The position numbers and the translations under genes were made by a program. Shown here piece by piece: positions 30,965-40,075 of a stretch of 64,000 nucleotides of DNA (the first letter of the stretch is position 1; each line of letters begins with the position of its first letter). Source of the stretch: an uncultured Arcobacteraceae bacterium (GTDB lineage: Bacteria > Campylobacterota > Campylobacteria > Campylobacterales > Arcobacteraceae); assembly GCA_964022095.1 (NCBI GenBank), contig CAXHZO010000005.1, positions 1 to 64,000 on the forward strand, in the 5' to 3' direction. Below the pieces are notes generated by a model. The model was given only the letters and a program-made list of their open reading frames with translations. It ran no database searches and had not been told where the DNA came from.

Positions 30965-31723
30965 ATGGCTAACGTAATCTCAGAAAGTTCTACACGTATT
31001 AAAACAGGTCTTGTTCTTATATTCTCGATGCTAGTAATCGGTTATATTGACTCTTACTTTATCTTTTGGCTTTTCTTCGGAACTGCACTTTTAATTTCTA
31101 TCTCTGAATCAAAGAAACTATTTGGTCTAAAAAGTGATAGTATTTATGTTTATACAGCACTACTATGGTTTGCTGCTTATTTTTATCCAACACCTGAAGA
31201 TTTAATCTTTATTGTTGCTATTGGCTATGCTTCACAGTTAGCGTACAAAAAAACCATTGATGCAAAGATGTTTTTACCTCTTTTATATCCAACAGCTTCT
31301 TTTTTATTCTTACTTTCACTTTATAGTGAATATGGAGTTACTACATTATTATGGCTTTTAGTTGTAGTTGCAGGTGCTGATACTGGAGCATATTTTGTTG
31401 GTAAAAGTATTGGTAAAACAAAGTTTTGTGAAACAAGTCCAAATAAAACAATTGAAGGTGTAGTTGGTGGTGTTATTATTGCTGCACTTTTAGGTACATA
31501 CTTTGCAAATGATAATCTTGGAATATTCTCAGCATTTTTAATCTCAGTTATTGTTGCCTTTGCTTCTGTATTTGGTGATCTTTTTGAATCATACTTAAAA
31601 AGAGAAGCAGGTGTAAAAGATAGTGGGAATATATTACCTGGACATGGTGGAATTTTAGATAGAACAGATGGATATTTATTTGGTGCTATTGTTATGTTAG
31701 TACTACTTAGGATTTTAACGTGA
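30965..31723 (+). CDS. cdsA: phosphatidate cytidylyltransferase
   Basis: DTGAYFVG, SPNKTIEG, GDLFESYLKR, PGHGGILDRTD. Confidence 0.95.
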   Translation: MANVISESSTRIKTGLVLIFSMLVIGYIDSYFIFWLFFGTALLISISESKKLFGLKSDSIYVYTALLWFAAYFYPTPEDLIFIVAIGYASQLAYKKTIDAKMFLPLLYPTASFLFLLSLYSEYGVTTLLWLLVVVAGADTGAYFVGKSIGKTKFCETSPNKTIEGVVGGVIIAALLGTYFANDNLGIFSAFLISVIVAFASVFGDLFESYLKREAGVKDSGNILPGHGGILDRTDGYLFGAIVMLVLLRILT

Positions 31724-32787
31724 TTGTACTTGGAAGTACAGGTTCTATTGGGGTAAATACTCTAAATATTGCTAGAAAATTCAACTTAAATGTGGATGTT
31801 TTAGTAGCAGGGGCTAATATAAAAGTTCTAAATGAACAAATAAAAGAGTTTAATCCCAAAGAAGTAGTAATTGCAAATGAAAAAGATATTAAAGATGTAA
31901 ATCATGCTAATGTATCTTTTGGGCAAGAATCTATTTTAAATGCAATAGAAAATAGCACATCACAAACAGTAGTAAATGCCCTTGTTGGTTTTTTAGGTTT
32001 AAGACCAACACTAAAAGCCATAGAGTGTGGTAAAAAAATCGCCTTAGCAAATAAAGAATCCCTTGTCGCAGCAGGAAAATTTATCGATCAAAGTAAACTT
32101 AGTCCAATTGATTCTGAGCATTTTGGACTATGGTATTTACTTCAAGATAAAAAAATAGATTCTATGTTAGTGACTGCAAGTGGTGGTTCTTTTAGAGATT
32201 ATCCACTTGAACAACTTGCAAACGTTTCTATAAAAGAAGCGTTAAATCATCCAAATTGGTCAATGGGAAGTAAAATCACAATTGATAGTGCAACCATGAC
32301 AAATAAGATGTTTGAATTACTTGAAGCAAAATGGCTGTTTGATATTACAAAACTAGATGCGATAATTGAGACAAAATCATTAATACATGCACTTATAAAC
32401 TTCACAGATGGTAGTACAACTGCACACATTGCAAATGCTTCTATGCAACTTCCAATTGCTTATGCAATTTTAGGAAAGTGTGATGAAGAGGTTTTAAAGC
32501 CAGTTGATTTACTAGAAGTTGGAAATTTAGAGTTTAAAAAAATTGAAACTTCAAGATATCCTATTTGGGAATTAAAAGATGAAATTTTACAAAATCCAGA
32601 TTTAGGTGTGGTTTTAAATGCTGCAAATGAAGTAGGGGTTTCAAAGTTTTTAAATGGTGAAATTGGATTTTTAGATGTTTCAAAAATTAGTTTAGATGCA
32701 ATTAATAAATTTAATAATGTAAATCCAAAAAATATAGAAGATATATTTGCAATAGATAAAGAAGTGAGAAGTTACTGTGAGTCTTGA
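31720..32787 (+). CDS. dxr: 1-deoxy-D-xylulose 5-phosphate reductoisomerase
   Basis: LGSTGSIG, LANKESLV, PIDSEH, HPNWSMGSKITIDSATM. Confidence 0.96.
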   Translation: MIVLGSTGSIGVNTLNIARKFNLNVDVLVAGANIKVLNEQIKEFNPKEVVIANEKDIKDVNHANVSFGQESILNAIENSTSQTVVNALVGFLGLRPTLKAIECGKKIALANKESLVAAGKFIDQSKLSPIDSEHFGLWYLLQDKKIDSMLVTASGGSFRDYPLEQLANVSIKEALNHPNWSMGSKITIDSATMTNKMFELLEAKWLFDITKLDAIIETKSLIHALINFTDGSTTAHIANASMQLPIAYAILGKCDEEVLKPVDLLEVGNLEFKKIETSRYPIWELKDEILQNPDLGVVLNAANEVGVSKFLNGEIGFLDVSKISLDAINKFNNVNPKNIEDIFAIDKEVRSYCES

Positions 32788-33061
32788 TATGTTAATTCCC
32801 TTTGGAATTTTGCTAATTTTAGTAGTTTATTTAATTTACACAAGAAGTAAATTTGAAAAAGACACAGTAAAAGTTTATGAAGAAAAATTTACTCAATGGC
32901 AAAAACATAGTAAAATAACTAAAGAAAAAGAATCAAAAAAAGATCTAGTAGGCTTAGTTTTTAAAAAAGATTATAAAGTTAGTATTGAACTTCTTGATGA
33001 TAGTGCAAGAAATGCATTAGAAAAAGGGAAGTTTGACATAGGAAATCTAAAGGATAACTAA
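32777..33061 (+). CDS. hypothetical membrane-anchored protein
   Basis: N-terminal TM helix; overlaps both neighbours. Confidence 0.7.
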   Translation: MSLDMLIPFGILLILVVYLIYTRSKFEKDTVKVYEEKFTQWQKHSKITKEKESKKDLVGLVFKKDYKVSIELLDDSARNALEKGKFDIGNLKDN

Positions 33062-33486
33062 TGAGATATTTAGTTTTAATTTTCATTTTCATATCTTTGT
33101 TAGATGCAAAAATCTATAGAGATAGTAATAAAGATGTTGTTTTAGATGATACAAGATCTTTAATGTGGCAAGATGATGTTGATAATATTAAGTTATTGAA
33201 AACACATCAAGATGCACAAGAGTATTGCGAGCAGTTAAACCTTGCAGGATATACTGATTGGCGGTTACCTACAATAGAAGAGTATGAGACAATTGTTTAT
33301 AAAAAAAATACAAAAACAAATATAAACTTTGCATTTAGATATAACCTAAGAGATGGCTATTGGGCTTCTAAAGCTCATTGGAGAACACTTTGGTTTTATG
33401 CTGATTATATGTTTTTTGTAAGTGGAACACCATATTATGATAGTAGACATAAATTAAAATATGTTAGATGTATAAGGGGAAAGTAG
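33061..33486 (+). CDS. secreted DUF1566 (Lcl C-terminal) domain protein
   Basis: LMWQ, YCEQLNLAGYTDWRLPTIEE, YWAS, YVRCIR. Confidence 0.85.
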   Translation: MRYLVLIFIFISLLDAKIYRDSNKDVVLDDTRSLMWQDDVDNIKLLKTHQDAQEYCEQLNLAGYTDWRLPTIEEYETIVYKKNTKTNINFAFRYNLRDGYWASKAHWRTLWFYADYMFFVSGTPYYDSRHKLKYVRCIRGK

Positions 33487-33487
33487 T

Positions 33488-34066
33488 TTGAATAAAAGAG
33501 TTTTAATATTACATGGTTTAGGTGGCAGTGATTATCCTCATTGGCAATCACAATTAGCAATGGATTTAATAAAAGAAAATTGGATTGTATCATTTCCTGC
33601 CATGCCAAATAGAGATAATCCAAATTTAGATGAGTGGAAAGATACTTTAAAAAAAGAGATAGAACATTTTAAACCAAATATGGTTGTATGTCACTCTTTA
33701 GGAAATGTTTTATGGTTTCATACTTGTGATGAACTTGATATAAAACTTGATAAGTTAATGCTAGTAGCACCAGTTAGCATGGATAGAGTAGTTCAAGCTG
33801 CAAGTAGTTTTTATCCATATCCTATTCCAAAAGATTTAAAATCTAAAGAAGCTATTATGGCAGCATCTACAAATGATCCTTATATAACAGTTGAAGAGGC
33901 AATTAGATTACAATCAAAATTAAATATTGGTATGAAAATCATGGAAGATGCAGGACATATAAATGCAGCTTCTGGATTTGGAAAACTTGATTGTGCTTTT
34001 GATTGGCTAAAGCGTGAAGAAGAGTGTGAAATTAATGAAGAGTTAAATGATGGAGAAGAGTCTTGA
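33488..34066 (+). CDS. RBBP9/YdeN-family alpha/beta hydrolase
   Basis: [28 protein letters not shown]. Confidence 0.88.
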   Translation: MNKRVLILHGLGGSDYPHWQSQLAMDLIKENWIVSFPAMPNRDNPNLDEWKDTLKKEIEHFKPNMVVCHSLGNVLWFHTCDELDIKLDKLMLVAPVSMDRVVQAASSFYPYPIPKDLKSKEAIMAASTNDPYITVEEAIRLQSKLNIGMKIMEDAGHINAASGFGKLDCAFDWLKREEECEINEELNDGEES

Positions 34067-35064
34067 TTTTATCAATTGAGTCAAGTTGTGATGATAGCTC
34101 AATTGCTATTACTGATATAAATACAAATGAATTAATTTATCATAAAAAAATATCTCAAGAATTACAACATAGTGTTTATGGTGGTGTAGTTCCTGAACTT
34201 GCTGCAAGATTACATGTTGAAGCTCTTCCAAAAATCTTAGAAGAGTGCCAAGAGTATTTTCCTAAATTAAAAGCAATTGCTGTTACAAATGCTCCAGGAC
34301 TTAGTGTAACACTAATGGAAGGTGTAACTATGGCAAAAGCTTTAGCTATTAGTTTAAAGCTTCCATTAATTGCAGTTAATCATTTAAAAGGTCATATTTA
34401 TTCACTTTTTATTGAAAAAGATGAAGTATTACCTATGAGTGTTCTTTTGGTTTCAGGTGGACATACACAAATTATTGAAGCAAATAGTTTAAATGATATG
34501 AAAGTTATTGCAAGTACTATTGATGATAGTTTTGGTGAGAGTTTTGATAAAGTTTCAAAAATGCTAGGACTTGGATACCCTGGTGGTCCAGTTGTTCAAG
34601 AGTATGGTTTAAAAGGTGATGAAAATAGATTTGATTTGCCAATTCCATTAAGACAAAGTCCAAAAATTGAGTTTAGTTACTCTGGACTTAAAAATGCAGT
34701 TAGAATGCAAATTCAAAAGCTTGAAGAATCTGAATTTGGAATAACTGAGCAAGACAAATATGATATTTGTGCCTCTTTTCAAAAAACAGCAGTTGCTCAT
34801 ATTATGCAAAAATTAAAAAAACAATTTAAAATTAATGTTCCAAAGAATCTAGCAATTGTAGGTGGAGCTAGTGCTAATATTCACTTAAGAGGTCAAATCG
34901 AAGAGCTTTGTGAGAAACACAATACAAAATTATATCTTAGTGAATTAAAGTACTGTTCTGATAATGCAGCAATGATCGGAAGAGTTGCAGTTGAACAATT
35001 CAAATTAAATGATTTTGTAAATGTTGATGAAATTGATATTCAAACAAGATTAAAAGGATTTTAA
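34063..35064 (+). CDS. tsaD: tRNA t6A threonylcarbamoyltransferase
   Basis: [34 protein letters not shown]. Confidence 0.96.
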   Translation: MILSIESSCDDSSIAITDINTNELIYHKKISQELQHSVYGGVVPELAARLHVEALPKILEECQEYFPKLKAIAVTNAPGLSVTLMEGVTMAKALAISLKLPLIAVNHLKGHIYSLFIEKDEVLPMSVLLVSGGHTQIIEANSLNDMKVIASTIDDSFGESFDKVSKMLGLGYPGGPVVQEYGLKGDENRFDLPIPLRQSPKIEFSYSGLKNAVRMQIQKLEESEFGITEQDKYDICASFQKTAVAHIMQKLKKQFKINVPKNLAIVGGASANIHLRGQIEELCEKHNTKLYLSELKYCSDNAAMIGRVAVEQFKLNDFVNVDEIDIQTRLKGF

Positions 35065-35409
35065 ATGGCTGGCTTAGCAGATATGTTATCTCAAAATTTA
35101 GGGGCTAATTTAGATGGTGACAAGTTTGAAACAAGTAAAGAAGATAAAAAGAAAAAATCTTCTAATGACATTATTCCAAAAAATCAACACCAATTAGTTT
35201 TTACTTTTGAAAAAAGAAAAGGTAAACCTGTAACACTTGTGGGTAGATTTTATTTAAGTGATAGTGATAAAAAAGATGTACTAAAATTACTAAAGAAAAA
35301 ACTTGCTTGTGGTGGAAGTATAAAAGAAGAGTGGATAGAACTACAAGGTGATGTAAAAGATAAAATTAAAGATGTTTTATCAAAAGAGAATTGGAAATTT
35401 AAAAACTAG
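35065..35409 (+). CDS. SUI1/YciH-family translation factor
   Basis: RKGKPVT, LKKKLACGGS, IELQGD. Confidence 0.88.
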   Translation: MAGLADMLSQNLGANLDGDKFETSKEDKKKKSSNDIIPKNQHQLVFTFEKRKGKPVTLVGRFYLSDSDKKDVLKLLKKKLACGGSIKEEWIELQGDVKDKIKDVLSKENWKFKN

Positions 35410-35426
35410 ATTATCAGGAGAATATT

Positions 35427-36812
35427 ATGCAGAAGCTTTTTGATGAGGTAAATTCATTAGATAAAAGATGTTATGAAAAGTTTGCTTTAAGTGAAGACAT
35501 TTTAATGGAACATGCAGCAAATGGTATGTGTGAATATATTCAAGATAATTATGATGATAAAGAATCTATTTTAATAGTTTGTGGTAGTGGAAATAATGGT
35601 GCAGATGGAATAGCTCTAGCAAGACTTTTATATAATAGATATGATGTAAATTTATATCTTTCAAATAATCCAAAGTCACAAATGGCAAAACTTCAATATA
35701 AAAGAGCTCAAGCCCTTGGTGTAAAAGAAGTAAGTGAAGTTTTTGAAGCTGATATTATAGTTGATTGTCTTTTTGGAACAGGTTTAAATAAAGATTTAAA
35801 AAGTGATGCTGTAAAACTAGTTGATAGTTTAAATGATTTTGATAGTGTAAAAATTTCATGTGATATACCAAGTGGAGTTAGTAATGTTGGTCATGTAAGT
35901 ACAACGGCTTTTTATGCCGATATTACTTTAACAATGGGTGCTCTTAAAACATTTTTATATACTGATAATGCAAAAGACTATTTAGGAAAAGTAAAAGTAA
36001 TAAATCTTGGAGTACAAAGAGAAGTATATGAAACAAACACAACAAAGTTTTTACTTCAAAAAAAAGATATAAATTTACCCCATAGAAAACAAAAAAACTC
36101 TCACAAGGGAACTTATGGACATCTAAATGTAGTTGCAGGTTGTAAAAAAGGTGCAGGAATAATTGCAGCTAAAGCAGCCTTTGGATTTGGAGCTGGGCTA
36201 GTAAGTGTAGTTTGTCATGAAAATCTTGATTTGCCTTATCATATTATGCAAACACACTTTTTAACTAGAAATTGTACTGCAATTGCAATTGGAATGGGAC
36301 TTGGTAAGTATGAAACAGCAGAGATTAGAGAAATACTAAAAAAAGATATACCAAAAATTATTGATGCAGATTTGTTTTATGATGAAATTGTAATAGAAAG
36401 TTTTGAAACAGATGTTGTTTTAACTCCTCATCCAAAAGAGTTTGTAGCTTTATTAAAACTTTGTGAAATTGCTGATATTAGCATAGAAGAATTACAATCA
36501 AATAGATTTTTATATGTAGAGAAGTTTTGTAAAAAATATCCAAAAACAGTGTTACTTTTAAAAGGTGCAAATGTATTAATAGGGCAAGGAGAATATATCT
36601 TTGTAAATAGATATGGAAGTCCAGTTTTAAGTAAAGGTGGAAGTGGTGATGTTTTAGCAGGACTTGTTGCATCATTACTTGCTCAAGGATACTTACCTCT
36701 AGATGCAGCAATTACAGCAAGTTTAGCACATACTTTAGCTGCTAGAAAGTATAGTAAAAATAATTACTCTTTAATTCCAGCAGATTTAGTAGAGGAGGTT
36801 AGAAAATTATGA
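35427..36812 (+). CDS. nnr: bifunctional NAD(P)H-hydrate epimerase/dehydratase
   Basis: LMEHAA, GSGNNGADG, HKGTYG, LTPHPKE, KGGSGDVLAG. Confidence 0.93.
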   Translation: MQKLFDEVNSLDKRCYEKFALSEDILMEHAANGMCEYIQDNYDDKESILIVCGSGNNGADGIALARLLYNRYDVNLYLSNNPKSQMAKLQYKRAQALGVKEVSEVFEADIIVDCLFGTGLNKDLKSDAVKLVDSLNDFDSVKISCDIPSGVSNVGHVSTTAFYADITLTMGALKTFLYTDNAKDYLGKVKVINLGVQREVYETNTTKFLLQKKDINLPHRKQKNSHKGTYGHLNVVAGCKKGAGIIAAKAAFGFGAGLVSVVCHENLDLPYHIMQTHFLTRNCTAIAIGMGLGKYETAEIREILKKDIPKIIDADLFYDEIVIESFETDVVLTPHPKEFVALLKLCEIADISIEELQSNRFLYVEKFCKKYPKTVLLLKGANVLIGQGEYIFVNRYGSPVLSKGGSGDVLAGLVASLLAQGYLPLDAAITASLAHTLAARKYSKNNYSLIPADLVEEVRKL

Positions 36813-37120
36813 CACCTGTAATTATTCAAACAACTTGTGGCTCTAAAATAGAGGCTAAAAATATTGCAAAAAGACTTATAGATGAAAAACTTGCAGCTTG
36901 TATTCAAATGAGTGAAATTGAGTCTATGTACTCTTGGAAAGATGAATTTTGTTGTGATAATGAGACAATTTTATCCATAAAAACATCAAAAGAAAATTTT
37001 AAAAAAGTAAAAAGCAAAATCAAAGAATTACATAGTTATGATGTGCCTGAAATTATTCAAATAGATATTACAGACATTAGTAAAAAATATTTAAAATTTA
37101 TGGAGGATAATACAATATGA
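36809..37120 (+). CDS. cutA: divalent-cation tolerance protein CutA
   Basis: [19 protein letters not shown]. Confidence 0.92.
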   Translation: MTPVIIQTTCGSKIEAKNIAKRLIDEKLAACIQMSEIESMYSWKDEFCCDNETILSIKTSKENFKKVKSKIKELHSYDVPEIIQIDITDISKKYLKFMEDNTI

Positions 37121-37896
37121 ATGAAATTTTAAAAGTTGGAAATTATAAATTTAATAGTAGATTAATTGTTGGAAGTGGAAAATATAAAGACTTTCAAACA
37201 ACTAAAGATGCAACATTAGCAAGTGGAAGTGAATTAATCACTGTTGCTATTAGAAGAGTAAATATAACAAATCCAAATGAAGAGAACCTATTAGATTATT
37301 TTAAAGATACAAATGTAAAACTTTTACCAAATAGTGCAGGGTGTTTTACAGCTGAGGAAGCTATTACAACATTTAGACTTATGAGAGAAGCAACGGGTAT
37401 TGATTTAATCAAATTAGAAGTTATTGGGGATGCACAAAAAACACTTTACCCAGATGTAATTGAAACTGTAAAAGCTTGTGAAGTTCTAAAAAAAGAAGGC
37501 TTTACAATTATGGCTTATACTAGTGATGATCCAATTGTTGCTAAAAGATTAGAAGAAGCAGGTGCTGATGCAATTATGCCTTTAGCTGCTCCTATTGGCT
37601 CAGGGCTTGGTATTCAAAATCCATATAACATTGCATTTATTAAAGATGCTGTAAATGTTCCTGTGATTGTAGATGCAGGTCTAGGTTGTGCAAGTGATGC
37701 AGCAGCAGCTATGGAATTAGGTGCTGATGGAATTTTAGCAAATACAGCAATTGCACAAGCTCAAGATCCAATGGCAATGGCTGAAGCTTTTAAACACGCA
37801 ACAATTGCTGGAAGACTAGGTTATAAAGCGGGAAGAATCCCTAAAAAACCTTATGCAACAGCAAGTTCTCCTGTGGATGGATTGATTCAATTTTAA
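37117..37896 (+). CDS. thiG: thiazole synthase
   Basis: [39 protein letters not shown]. Confidence 0.96.
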   Translation: MNEILKVGNYKFNSRLIVGSGKYKDFQTTKDATLASGSELITVAIRRVNITNPNEENLLDYFKDTNVKLLPNSAGCFTAEEAITTFRLMREATGIDLIKLEVIGDAQKTLYPDVIETVKACEVLKKEGFTIMAYTSDDPIVAKRLEEAGADAIMPLAAPIGSGLGIQNPYNIAFIKDAVNVPVIVDAGLGCASDAAAAMELGADGILANTAIAQAQDPMAMAEAFKHATIAGRLGYKAGRIPKKPYATASSPVDGLIQF

Positions 37897-37945
37897 TATT
37901 TAAAAAGAAAATTTAGGATTTTCCTTCATTTTCTTTTAAATAACC

Positions 37946-37981
37946 TTGACAAATCAATTAAAATTTTGTATAATTCCGTCC
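37946..37981 (+). promoter_or_regulatory. sigma70 promoter of the tRNA operon
   Basis: TTGACA-17 nt-TATAAT followed by GC-rich TCCGTCC discriminator. Confidence 0.88.
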
Positions 37982-38006
37982 ACTTTTTAAATAAAGTAAA
38001 CATTGT

Positions 38007-38084
38007 CGGGGCGTAGCGCAGTCTGGTTAGCGCACCTGGTTTGGGACCAGGGGGCCGGAGGTTCGAATCCTCTCGCCCCGACCA
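38007..38084 (+). tRNA. tRNA-Pro(TGG)
   Basis: Cloverleaf; CCTGG-TTTGGGA-CCAGG anticodon arm; GTTCGAA; CCA end. Confidence 0.96.
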
Positions 38085-38098
38085 TTTATTTTTTTGAC

Positions 38099-38176
38099 GG
38101 TAGGTATAGCTCAGTTGGTTAGAGCATCTGGTTGTGGTTCAGAGGGTCGTGGGTTCGAATCCCATTACTTACCCCA
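38099..38176 (+). tRNA. tRNA-His(GTG)
   Basis: TCTGG-TTGTGGT-TCAGA arm; G-1; CCA end. Confidence 0.95.
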
Positions 38177-38193
38177 TTTTTTTATTTTTTAGT

Positions 38194-38270
<77 letters not shown>

Positions 38271-38273
38271 CTT

Positions 38274-38358
38274 GCGGATGTGGTGAAATTGGTAGACACG
38301 CCAGACTTAGGATCTGGTGCCTCACGGTGTGGAGGTTCGAGTCCTCTCATCCGCACCA
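38274..38358 (+). tRNA. tRNA-Leu(TAG)
   Basis: CCAGA-CTTAGGA-TCTGG arm; long variable arm; CCA end. Confidence 0.95.
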
Positions 38359-38410
38359 CTTTATATATGTCAATTTTAAGTTTAAAATTGGTATTATATA
38401 TTTTATAAAA

Positions 38411-38487
38411 GCGGGAGTAGCTCAGTTGGCTAGAGCTTCTGCCTTCCAAGCAGATTGTCGCGAGTTCGAGTCTCGTCTCCCGCTCCA
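38411..38487 (+). tRNA. tRNA-Gly(TCC), copy 1
   Basis: TCTGC-CTTCCAA-GCAGA arm; CCA end. Confidence 0.95.
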
Positions 38488-38489
38488 TT

Positions 38490-38542
38490 AAAAAAGCCTT
38501 ATATAAGAAGTTTAATTTAACTTTTTGTGTAAGGCTTTTTTT
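38490..38542 (+). terminator. long terminator-like hairpin inside the tRNA cluster
   Basis: AAAAAAGCCTTATATAAGAAGTT...AACTTTTTGTGTAAGGCTTTTTTT with G-U pairs. Confidence 0.65.
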
Positions 38543-38560
38543 AGCCTTATTTTTTCAAAT

Positions 38561-38637
<77 letters not shown>

Positions 38638-38642
38638 TTAGA

Positions 38643-38719
38643 GCGGGAGTAGCTCAGTTGGCTAGAGCTTCTGCCTTCCAAGCAGATTGTCGCGAGTTCG
38701 AGTCTCGTCTCCCGCTCCA
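38643..38719 (+). tRNA. tRNA-Gly(TCC), copy 2
   Basis: Identical to 38411-38487. Confidence 0.95.
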
Positions 38720-38736
38720 CTTTTTAAAACTAAAAA

Positions 38737-39441
38737 TCAAATTTCTTTTAACCATCGTTCTAGAAAATCTAATCTAGAGTATTCTTTAGCTCCCAAATCA
38801 AACTTATATTGCATATAAGGTTGTCCTAAATTCCAAAATGAGTAATTATTCTGTTTTAAATATAGTCCAAGTAAAACTAATTGAAGTTTTCCCCAATTTT
38901 TATATGTTTTTTCTTTTGAACTAAATCCAGTTAAAGAAGTATATGTTGAACCAATTTTATATCCAATTTCTCCTGCAATTAATTCATTTGTATTTTTATC
39001 ATATAGTTCAATACTCAAAATCTCAAATCCATTTTCAAAATTCTCTTCAAAAAGTTCTTTTATTAATTTTTTATATTTATCTCTTAACCAGTTGTTTTTA
39101 TGGTATTGATCTAGTTTTTCAAGAACTAAGTCTATATTAGTATTAATAGTAAATTCGTGTCTATTTTTATTTATAAGTTTTTTAATAGATTTACTAATAA
39201 TTAAGTCTTCAAAGTCTAATAGGGCATATTCAAATTGCATCTCAGGTAATAAATAGAAAGTTTCATTAAGAGTAACACTTGTGGAAATAAATCCACAAGA
39301 TGCTAAGTATATATAAAACTCTTTTGAAAAGTCATCACATATGTAATAGTTTGTCTCTTCATTAGCATAAATATAGTTATATAAGATATCTTTGTTTTTT
39401 AAATCTTCATATGTAATTTGATATATTATTTCATTTGACAT
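38737..39441 (-). CDS. divergent leucyl/phenylalanyl-tRNA--protein transferase (Aat)-fold protein
   Basis: Colinear Aat-like blocks: LIISKSIKK, FTIN, NWL, SIELY...ELIAGEIG..IG, GFS, LGAKEYSRLDFL. Confidence 0.7.
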   Translation of the reverse strand: MSNEIIYQITYEDLKNKDILYNYIYANEETNYYICDDFSKEFYIYLASCGFISTSVTLNETFYLLPEMQFEYALLDFEDLIISKSIKKLINKNRHEFTINTNIDLVLEKLDQYHKNNWLRDKYKKLIKELFEENFENGFEILSIELYDKNTNELIAGEIGYKIGSTYTSLTGFSSKEKTYKNWGKLQLVLLGLYLKQNNYSFWNLGQPYMQYKFDLGAKEYSRLDFLERWLKEI

Positions 39442-39476
39442 AATTAACTTTTTTGTAAATTTAAGTTGATTATATC

Positions 39477-39983
39477 TTATCTTCTTTGATGATTATCTGA
39501 CCTTTTATATTTTTTGTATTTATTATTATGTTTTCTATAATTTTTTTTGTATTCTCTTTTTTCATAATAATGTCCATATATTGGTTGATTAACATATCTA
39601 TATTTATGCTTTTTATTCCAATTATTTACTTTATGATGTCTATATGTTCTATAATGCCCATGGCTTTTTCTAAAATTTCCTCTTTTATGCACTCTATCAT
39701 AGTAGGTATATCTATTATCAAATAAGAAATAGATATTATTAAAGAAATATCCCCTTCTATCAAAATAACCATAATAATAGCCATAGTCATCATAGTATCC
39801 ATGTCTGTTGTAATTGAAGTTCTTATATGCATTGTGTGCTCTATGATCATCACTTCTAATTCCAAGATCTAAATATCCTGAATTTCCTATTGGCGCTGAG
39901 ATTCTAACTCCTATTGAAGTGTTTGCACTTGAATATGAAAAGAGAGTAAATACTGCAATTGTAGTTAATAAAATCTTTTTCAT
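39477..39983 (-). CDS. secreted Tyr/His/Arg-rich low-complexity protein
   Basis: Signal peptide MKKILLTT...SSA; SD AAGGA; Y/H/R/K/N-rich mature region. Confidence 0.75.
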   Translation of the reverse strand: MKKILLTTIAVFTLFSYSSANTSIGVRISAPIGNSGYLDLGIRSDDHRAHNAYKNFNYNRHGYYDDYGYYYGYFDRRGYFFNNIYFLFDNRYTYYDRVHKRGNFRKSHGHYRTYRHHKVNNWNKKHKYRYVNQPIYGHYYEKREYKKNYRKHNNKYKKYKRSDNHQRR

Positions 39984-40075
39984 TTTTTATCCTTTTTATT
40001 ATTATTGAAATTATAAATCTTCAGTGTGAATAAATCGTGTTTTAATTATAATCTCTACAAATTAAAGGGATATAT

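Noticed and set aside
33061..33486. DUF1566 protein as a diversity-generating retroelement target
   Set aside because: No reverse transcriptase and no adenine-variant template repeat visible in the window.
37080..37120. TPP riboswitch before thiG
   Set aside because: thiG overlaps cutA; no leader and no CTGAGA motif.
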